DNA of 62,417 nucleotides, the filler included, from Choristocarpus tenellus KU-1152 (lineage: Eukaryota; Protista; Phaeophyceae): the NCBI GenBank assembly GCA_964200185.2. It is 13 parts of 13 records of this genome, joined end to end, with 100 filler letters (N's around TTAATTAATTAA, not from the genome) between each part and the next. Parts side by side here need not be neighbours in the genome. Positions count along the whole stretch, not along the records: positions 9,539 to 14,179 come from CAXNAD020013669.1; positions 14,280 to 16,891 come from CAXNAD020026283.1; positions 16,992 to 21,357 come from CAXNAD020014886.1; positions 21,458 to 24,299 come from CAXNAD020024272.1; 9 more parts are not named here. One strand, given 5' to 3'. Shown in pieces: positions 12,909 to 21,460 of the stretch (its first letter is position 1; every line of letters starts with the position of its first letter). Below the pieces are notes generated by a model, which was not told where the DNA came from, ran no database searches, and saw only the letters and a list, made by a program, of their open reading frames with translations. The translations under genes and the position numbers were made by a program.

Positions 12909-13148
12909 TAGACTATCACTAGATGATATAACTCCCCTGTACCTACGCCTTCACACTGACAGCCTGCGCCTTGGAAGCAACCGCTTTGGAAGTCCTGGTT
13001 CATGGGAAGTGTCCTTCTTCCGCGACACTATAGCACCCAGGGGCGGCCCTGGGGGCGGAGGCTACGCTGGTGGGGCCATGGGTACCTCAGCGGCTGCGTC
13101 GGGACCGACACTATCCTCCTCTGCATTTGCCCCTGCAGGAACTCCCAG
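9824..13148 (+). CDS. Omp85/BamA-family protein (POTRA domain plus start of beta-barrel; Toc75/OEP80-like), internal exons ~9824-9905, 10907-10988, 11468-11589, 12763-12854, 12963-13148
   Basis: Spliced KGKTRSRTIARGLNLKGGQHLRVDSRRWDGILSSGLFKGAQL...GVTLDINIEESKTMVFEPG...WAGEVSFEEKNFLGRNNMLGVDI. It contains the POTRA motifs GxT...I.R.L.lk.G and GLF, the V.L.I.vEE linker and the first barrel motif NxxGRN. Phases 0/1/0/2 are consistent. Confidence 0.8.
10629..10767. repeat. Intronic tandem repeat, ~43-bp unit x3
   Basis: Unit approx. ATGTATGTATATATATATACTTTAAAAAAAGCTATTCACACAG. Confidence 0.85.
11127..11160 (+). repeat. Interstitial telomere-like (TTAGGG)n tract in an intron; others at 10515-10537, ~12589-12625, ~15435-15560 and ~50690-50810 (CCCTAA)
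   Basis: About 5.7 perfect TTAGGG units read directly. Confidence 0.9.
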
Positions 13149-13384
13149 GCAAGAAGGGGGGAGCGGACTGCTGGAGGGGGAGAGGATGGGGGGCAGGGGG
13201 TGCGAAGTTGAAGGAGAATGTAGCCGGAACGGTATGAGCAGAGTGTGTTGTGATTAAGGGTAGTGAATATATAATTGTCGAGGTTGCCGGAATGGTATGG
13301 CTGCTGCGAAGGGAACCGGTCATTGTTTGGATATATATTTGGAGTATTGGATGTATATACTGTCACCGGTGTGTATGTGTATGG

Positions 13385-13675
13385 TGATGGTATACCTTGC
13401 AATGTCATACTGATGATGGTATACCTTGCAATGTCGTACTGATTATGGTATACCTTGCAATTTCGTACTGATGATGGTATACCTTACAATGTCGTACTGA
13501 TGATGGTACACCTTGCAATGTCGTACTGATGATGGTATACCTTTCAATGTCGTACTGGTGATGGTATACCTTGCAATGTTGTACTGATGATGGTATACCT
13601 TGCAATGTCGTACTTGTGATGGTATACCTTGCAATGTCATACTGGTGATGGTATACCTTGCAATGTCGTACTGAT
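13385..13675. repeat. Minisatellite, 29-bp unit x10
   Basis: Unit TGATGGTATACCTTGCAATGTCGTACTGA, head-to-tail with single-base variants and no spacers. Confidence 0.95.
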
Positions 13676-13737
13676 CCGCTGATCCCCACAACATCCGGTT
13701 GGTAGTAATCTCTGATTTGCCCTTGAAGCCATCGAAT

Positions 13738-13850
13738 TCGTCTATATATTTGGTGCTATGGATGTGATGGAGATTTGTCTATATATTTGGTGCTATGGAT
13801 GTGATGGAGATTCGTCTATATATTCGATGCCATGGACGTGATGGAGACTT
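13738..13850. repeat. Minisatellite, ~37-bp unit x3
   Basis: Unit GTCTATATATTTGGTGCTATGGATGTGATGGAGATTT. Confidence 0.85.
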
Positions 13851-14279
13851 GTTTGAATTTCTGATATCAAGCCCTCTCTCCCCTAGAAAAAACAAAAATC
13901 TGGGAGTTATGAATTCGCTGTATAGCATACTGCTTCAATTGGTCGATTGATCAAAATCAGTCAGTCGCCCGTGCATCCCTCCTACGTTTTTTTTATTTTT
14001 ATTTTATTTTATTATTTTCTTGTTATCCATTCTCTCTTCTCTCTCCCAGTCCATATTAATTAAAACCCAATTTCCTGTCGCCCGTGTACACACAACCTTT
14101 TTTATCAACCCTGAAACCTCTCGGTAGCTCCCAACCGCCCCCCCCCCCCCCCGCCCGTCTCTTGATCCGAAGACAACACNNNNNNNNNNNNNNNNNNNNN
14201 NNNNNNNNNNNNNNNNNNNNNNNTTAATTAATTAANNNNNNNNNNNNNNNNNNNNNNNNNNNNNNNNNNNNNNNNNNNN

Positions 14280-15170
14280 TCCCCATATATCTCTCGCTCT
14301 TGAGAACCCCCCAGCACGTTCCCTGTGTCCACCGCCCCCCCTGCCCCTGCCCTCTTGATGTTTCCCTCAGAGGGGTCAATGGTGAAAGGGATGGCTTCCG
14401 CGGCAGGACGGGTTCGCAGGTAGTACATCCCGGTCTTGAGGCCTTTTTTCCATGCATAAAAGTGCATTGAGGTCAGGAGGCCGTAGTCGGGGGACTGAAC
14501 AAACAGATTCATGCTCTGCTCATCACGCAGGAGAGCAAGGTGGGGGAGGAGAGAGGAAAAGGCAGGAGGCTCAGCAAGTTAGTCACAGGTGAGGCTCGAG
14601 AATGATATTGGTGGAGAATCTTTGTATACTGTACAATGGTTTGGGACTAACTCTATAGACACCTGTGCAAGCCAGTCTCGGACTACACAAACACTGCTAT
14701 TACTACTTCAATTGTGGAGTAATATTGAGCAGCCATTACACTTGAATGTGGCACATGAAGTGCAGCACGGAAGAGGCACCAAGATAAACAAATGGATTAC
14801 ATGGAAGGATGAACTTGCTACAGATGTTGAATACTATTGGAGTGGGGAAGACAAAAGAGTGAACTGCATGCATGTGCCCAGTCAAACTCCTCACCACCAT
14901 TTGGTAACAGTTCATTTCAGCACACTACGATAGAGGGATTAAGCAATATACTCTAGTCTTCACCACCAAAAACCTTTCCACCAGGTGCGATGCTCTATGT
15001 CAAAGAGCAGGACTCAGCCGGCCACCCCAACACAACACAGGCACACAAGAACAGCAACACCAACCTGGCTCTGATCAACAAAAGCTCCTCTGTCTGCAGC
15101 AAGATCGATCACTGCCTTCATCTTGATCTCCCACACCGTCTTAAATATATCTTTCATCTCCTTGGGAATC
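14280..15170 (-). CDS. RRM1: Ribonucleoside-diphosphate reductase large subunit, C-terminal exons (15170-15065, 14515-<14280)
   Basis: [35 protein letters not shown]|[45 protein letters not shown], the eukaryotic class Ia RNR signature, with a phase-0 intron. Confidence 0.96.
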
Positions 15171-16029
15171 CTGGAATATCAAGTTGAAGTTTGCCGCGGG
15201 TGGGGCAAGTGCACAACTTAGTGACAAAACTAACACTATCAAGAGCAATCTCCAATGTGATCAGCATCCCATCCCTCACTCCCTTTCTACAAACATCAAC
15301 CATCCACAAAACCACACGCGCGCGCACGCGCACACAAACAAAAGCCCTTCTTTGATTTCGTCTCCCCCACGGTCGCGATTACGAAAAAAAAGAAAGTCAA
15401 GGAGTTGGCCACAAACACAAACACAAAAATAAAACCTAACCCTAACCCTAACCCGAATCCAGCAAGTGAAACACTAAAAAAACTCGCACACAAAAATACC
15501 TCTTACCCTAACCCTAACCCTCCAAGCAAGGAGTCACAAAGGATCCACAACCCTAACCCTAAACTGCAGTCGACGCCAGCCGCACCCCTTTCTCGATCCC
15601 CTCCCATCTCACCCAGGAACAAACCCACAAAACAGTAGAGAGTCAGCAGTACAGAAGACAACCCGTGGAACCCCCCCCCCCCCTGGATGACACCATACGA
15701 CGGAATCATCATCATAACACCCCACCAACAACAAACAGATCTACATGTACACCAGTGCTATCAACCAGCTGAACCGCTCAACATCTCGTTGGGCACAAAC
15801 CTCTGACCTCAGTCAGAATCAGCAGTCTGCCACACCCCTCTGCTATGTTTCCCCTCAATACCCCATTTTTTCGTTCCCCTCACCCCTCAATATCAGCGAC
15901 GCTCCCTCCACTCGCCATGAGCTTTCGACGGACCTCCGGGCTCCAGAGGCCCATATCCATTAACTCCTTGAACAAGTGTGGATTCACAACAATGAACTCT
16001 CCGGCCTTGACCCTCCTTGCGTAAAGATT

Positions 16030-16228
16030 ACTGGTGTATGGTTCGATGCACTCATTATACCTGTGTAGAAGTGTTGTGACAAAACATGTTTATTATTGTT
16101 ATTATTATTATTATTATTGGTGAGAAGAAGATGGTGTACAGTTTGATGCACTTGTTATACCTGTGTAGAAGTGTGTGACAAAACATGTTTGTTATTATTA
16201 TTGTTGATGAGAAGAAGATGGTGTGACT
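16030..16228. repeat. Tandem duplication, ~95-bp unit x2
   Basis: GATGCAC...TTATACCTGTGTAGAAGTGT...GACAAAACATGTTT...GAGAAGAAGATGGTGT occurs twice. Confidence 0.8.
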
Positions 16229-17087
16229 GTTGTAATTTTGGTATGATACCCAGCGAGAGAGAGAGAGAGGTATAGGTATAGATACAAGGACCATCACCAA
16301 AAGCATTCCAAAATTAGAGACCAGCATTCAAATACGGTTACACGTCCAGAGCTACAGAATATCATGTCAGTCTTCAGCACTGTCAGCAGAGCGCTACAGT
16401 ACGAACATAACCTGTATTTAATGGTGACAGTATGGAGGTGTACCTTACACCAATACACAAATCCCCTCACCAGCATATTACCAATATTTCAATCATGGTA
16501 ATTAATCGATAACTTTGCCCATGTCTCTGTTACGGATGCCATCCCTAACCTTGAATGAACTCTTAACGCTCTGACCGTTATTCTGTGTTCCCAGAAATAA
16601 ATAAGAACTGAGCTCTCCTCAATCCGTTTTACGTCTCCATAAACAAATAATAAACAAATAAGAGTTTTTCCAATATTCACCACTGTGTATAGTAGGAATG
16701 CACCTCCCTCTTATAGAATAAGGAAGGCGGTTCCTCTCAACACCGTAAATCACAATAATAAAGAGCTAGCGGCATGAATCAACAGCCCAAGGGGAGGCAG
16801 CATACTTTGTTTTTGTTTTTTCCCCCATAAAAAAAAAAAACTGCTTTCAATTTTTTACTCTTCATTCATAAACTTTACTACCCCCTCCACCNNNNNNNNN
16901 NNNNNNNNNNNNNNNNNNNNNNNNNNNNNNNNNNNTTAATTAATTAANNNNNNNNNNNNNNNNNNNNNNNNNNNNNNNNNNNNNNNNNNNNTACAACACC
17001 ATGATTCCTCATCGCTCGTAGTCTACGCATTTTGCTTACATGTACGATGCATTCGATTCAGGTTTCAACAGACCCCTCTTTGATTTC

Positions 17088-17346
17088 GAGTCAAAGAATC
17101 TTAGAGGGTAGAGCCGCGTCCATTTGGGGGCCAAAATCCAATGTTGCGATTTTGGTGTAATTATAGCTATCGTGTTTGTTAGGAAGTGTCAATATCCATA
17201 TTCTGGCCACACCATTTCATAACGCATAGATTTTACCTACTCCGAAATATTTTGGAGGAGGAAAATGTCATAAAAAACCCCATGGGAAGCCAAGCTCCAA
17301 ATGGACAAACAGGGCAAAACTCGCACCCTCTAAGATACTTTCACTC
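17088..17346 (+). mobile_element. MITE, GAGTCAAAGTATCTTAGAGG-type TIR (family A)
   Basis: Ends GAGTCAAAGAATCTTAGAGGG...CCCTCTAAGATACTTTCACTC, flanked by TTC/TTC. A reverse-orientation homologue lies at 25262-25518. Confidence 0.8.
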
Positions 17347-17652
17347 TTCTTGTTCCGCAGTGATTGACTGGTCTACTTGATCAAGCGCAAGTCCCCCTCT
17401 CGACATACGGCAATCACTAGCGCGTACGCTCTGCCCAACCTCAGCCTTTGACTTCTGTGAAACTTGAAGCCTGGACGTAGAGACCACACCACCATATCCA
17501 GCATATCCAGCATATCCTTCAACAGAGTGGCCTCCGCAGCCATTGGCCCGAGTTCTGCGTGGACAATCTATGTTGTAGTGAGGTGCAAGCAAAGGTTAAG
17601 CTCCGAAAGACTCGCACAGTATATTGTTAACAGTCACCTTTATGATAGCATT

Positions 17653-17964
17653 ACAGGTCTTGATTAATTTCGAGGTGATGTAAGGCGACCTGATTGGCGA
17701 TCAGCATATCAAATTAAAGCTGAGATCATACGTGACGATTGACTCGAAGAAATCCAGTCGCAAGGAAAATATATTAATATGATTTTCAGCGATTTTCTTT
17801 TCTTGACAATTCAACCGAACCTTTCGGCATTCCTAACTCAACACAAAGTAATTTTCTGCCAGGTTTCTTTGCGCTAATCAACAGCATTTGGTCTCAGCTT
17901 TAATTTGATATGCTGATCACCGATCAGGACGCCTTACATCACCTTGAAATTAATCAAGGCTGGT
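17653..17964. mobile_element. MITE with ~70-bp terminal inverted repeats
   Basis: CTTGATTAATTTCGAGGTGATGTAAGGCG...ATCAGCATATCAAATTAAAGCTGAGA (17659-17726) is inverted at ~17890-17958 with few mismatches. Related to 54248-54569. Confidence 0.8.
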
Positions 17965-19279
17965 CTTATCCTAGAGGCGACTGCCAACACCATACACAAA
18001 TGCCTTTATTTGTACAAAAAGTCGAATTTTGCACGTTTTGTCAGCATCCTAAAAATGCAAACTGTGTCTAATGTGGGAATATCAAGGCACCAAATCTCTC
18101 TGGACAAGGGGGCAATCACAATCACCAGACTGAACTCTTCCACCTCAAAGGGTGAGACCGAGTTTCACAGGTCTTGTCACAACATCTCAAAGTCAGTTGA
18201 GGAAATCCAGAACAGGACAAAAATCTGAAATATCAACAGATGTCCCAGAATGACTGAGCAACGCCACAGCAGAGAAATGGATCGGTCAGAATCGGAATGG
18301 ATCTTCGTTGTGACAAGTCCTTTTTGACTGTTTGGTCAAATCTGGATCTTACGGGTGTTTTTATTTACTGGTTGGTATGGGTGAGTTCCAATGACGTGGT
18401 TGGCGCGCGCAACTGTATATGACCGCGCGTATTATCCACAAATTTGTTTGTCAGAGATCCCCAAAAAGAACCTGTTCTTGACACTAACTCTGGTTTACTT
18501 TGAGAAAGGTGAGACTTTCACTTACCAGCAATCAGGAAGTGGTTTTGTTATGACGTCAAGACTCACAGGAAATTATCACAAATACTACGTTACGCTTGTA
18601 CCTCGACATCAACGTCCACATGATTCTGGAGGGGGTGGACACACTTCAAGACCTCGCCCATGAAGACCACAACCACATCGAGTCGGCTGCTGCATCCGCA
18701 AAGATTTTTGAGAAAGATTTTTTGGTGCTTTCACTCCACCACAAAAGGGGACTGTTGTGTTCGAATCACCAGGTGATCGACTGTTTTCATCTCTCTGTCA
18801 CGGCCTTTGTGTGCCATGACCTTGAAAGGTTAGCGAAATAGGGTTGACACTGTGTGCCCTTACGGCGTCTTACCCCTTCCCCCCCCCTCACACCCACACC
18901 ACCTCTGCTTAATTCAGGTTCAAGTATGAGTATCACCAGAAAGTTGGGAAGAAAGATTGCCCGATTATAGATTTGATCGCCTGGAAACTTGGTGACGGGG
19001 CTGAAGCGGTGTATGACATCTTACCCTAGAACATGGGACAATATGATGACCTGAAGAAGTTAATTCCTTCAGGTTTTCGACATTTGTTACACTTTTTATT
19101 TCCAGCTTATTTTTTTTGTCTTGCATTTTTTTTAACTTTCTTTCACCTCAACAATTTAAGAGGAATCTTTTACTCAGATTGCCCAACCCACTTATCCAAG
19201 TCCTTCGTATTCTCTTTCCTTGATTGTCAATGCTCTCTTAATTACTGTGTGGTCGTGTCAGGGTCATAATTGCATTCTT

Positions 19280-21357
19280 CACAAAAAGGTGGAATTATGT
19301 CCCTGGTCCACTTGACCAGGCCGTCAAGGACAGGCTGGACGAGGTCAGACTTGTTGTACCCAAGTGGAAATCTTAGCAGAAAACTGCGGTCCGCCACCTT
19401 CTACAACACACGCACACACGCACCTCACTCGTATCCACTCCTTCAGAGTGAGGGAGCAACAAGGAGAACAAATGCCTACATTGCCAGCTAAGCTCGCTGG
19501 GCAGGTAAGTGATGTCAAAAGTAGAGAGGAGTGGATGAATGTATATATTACCACCCCACCATGCATAGGACAATAATAAACCCGTAGGATCTATTCCAAA
19601 TGGACAGGTATGATTTCGAACAACACTCCATCTTTCCTTTCACATGCCGACTTGAGAGGGAAGGAGATGCATTGTATCTCAATCTCTTGGAGGATCTCCC
19701 CCCTCTGAGGATAGAGAGTCCGGCTCCAGCAAGGACATCAGTGCACATTTTTGCGAAGAGCTGCACCTTGATCTCGTCTGTGAGCTACATGTATAGGTGG
19801 GTGATTGTGTTCCGTTAGGAGCCCGGAAAGAACGTGCTTTGAAGATGTGAAGGGTTTAGGGTTAACAACTTATCGATCGAAGAAGGTTTTGTAGGGGAGG
19901 CATGTATGTCGCGCAGCAGAACCCCATGGACTTAGGGTTCGATGCATGGGGACGTGTTGCGGATGTTTATCCCACCTGATTCCTGTACACGTGGGTGAAC
20001 CCACCGCTGCTCTTGAGGGATTCTATGGCGACGTCCGGGTTAGTGTACCACAGCACAGTGAACATGTGAACCACCCTATAGTCGAATTTGTCCTAGTCGG
20101 GTGTGCGTTAGGTGTGCGGAGCACAAGGTCACATGACCAGGACAGAAGAACATGGGAATGGGAGTGGGTATGTTGGTTAATGGCGTTTCTCGTATCGGCG
20201 ATGGCGATACACATGTATAAATCGTCAATTCAAGTTCAGCCTGTGAAGCCAGGGGTTAGTGCGGTGTTGTTGGACCGTTAGTGATGGGGTATTGGATGTT
20301 GAAATGTCGAGATAGCTGCACTGTGCTTACGCTGGAGTCGTCGAGCTTCTTGTGTTCTCTCCACACACGGAGAAAGATGTCCTCCAGCTCTTTTGTTTCT
20401 GGTGGAACATAGTGAGGGAAAGAAAGGGATTGGGTTAGTTGGATCACCAATGCCAAATTAATATGGATATGGGCGACAAAAAGTAGGCGATGCTTCATAA
20501 TCGTTTCACGAATTGTTTCCTGGGAAGGAGCCGTGAGAACCTCACCTCCTCCCGCACATAACTACACAAGGGTGGCGATCGAATTGTAGAACTGGGCGGA
20601 TGTTTGTGTCCTCCCACGCTTCCGTGAGGAGTGACTTTATTTTCGCAGCAACCCTCCTTCTTATTGCCGTCTGGAACGCGGCTTTGGCACTCCGGAAGTC
20701 TATGCTTCCCAGACAATATTGGTTGCATCGGGTTAGCAATGTCGTCATGCGCGTGCGACGCTCAGAGTCCTCACCCGTATCCTGCAGGTATGGGCAGGAC
20801 CTGTCACACCTGAAGTTGCGCTTATACTCCATTATAGCTGCAACCCAACTCACACCATCCAGTGAAAGATGTCGAGGATGTTAGGCATGTGTTATCTGCT
20901 GGCGACCACTCTCTGTCCTATTGATATGGATTCAGCCTTCTCGCGACTGCAGTGTGGAAATATCTTCCACATGAACCTCCTGTGCTCGCCTATCTCGAGG
21001 TTCGCTCCGACATCTGAGGCCCATCGCGTTGTGACTTGGGCTGGGAGGTTGATGGTACATGGGATATTATCCTCCTTCGCCACGCACTTGATGACCCTCA
21101 GGAGCATGATCCTATATTGTCCATTCAGACAAAACAAGACGTTTTCGTCGTCATCCGTATCCCTAGCGACACCATCCTCATCTAGTTCTAGGTTGCCGTT
21201 CGCAATGTAGTGCATGAGCAGTTGGCTGTCAGGTACAGCAGAGGGTGCCTTTGCTCTGCGCATGTCGGCCTTGAACTTATGGGTCATTTGTGTTGAACTA
21301 TCCCACACTGGACCCGCGGCTTTTATGGTGCTTTAATGAAGGACAAAGAACAGCTTG
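19280..21357 (-). pseudogene. Decayed multi-exon gene with an N-terminal ParB/Sulfiredoxin-like domain
   Basis: LH*STIKAAG...LFCLNGQYRIMLLR...IFPHCSREKAESISIGQRVVASR*HMPNILDIF follows the ParB pattern L..SI...G / dG.hR..al / s.eea..lal..N. Stops at 21333-21335 and 20892-20894. Further exon-like blocks with GT/AG borders extend down to ~19300. Confidence 0.4.
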
Positions 21358-21460
21358 NNNNNNNNNNNNNNNNNNNNNNNNNNNNNNNNNNNNNNNNNNN
21401 NTTAATTAATTAANNNNNNNNNNNNNNNNNNNNNNNNNNNNNNNNNNNNNNNNNNNNCAC

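Noticed and set aside
13385-13675. CRISPR array (29-bp repeats with an internal palindrome)
   Set aside because: Units are head-to-tail with no unique spacers, lie in a eukaryotic intron, and no cas genes are present.
14280-15170. Viral (NCLDV) ribonucleotide reductase
   Set aside because: It has spliceosomal introns with host-type low-complexity sequence and a typical eukaryotic C-terminus; no viral core genes were recognised in the window.
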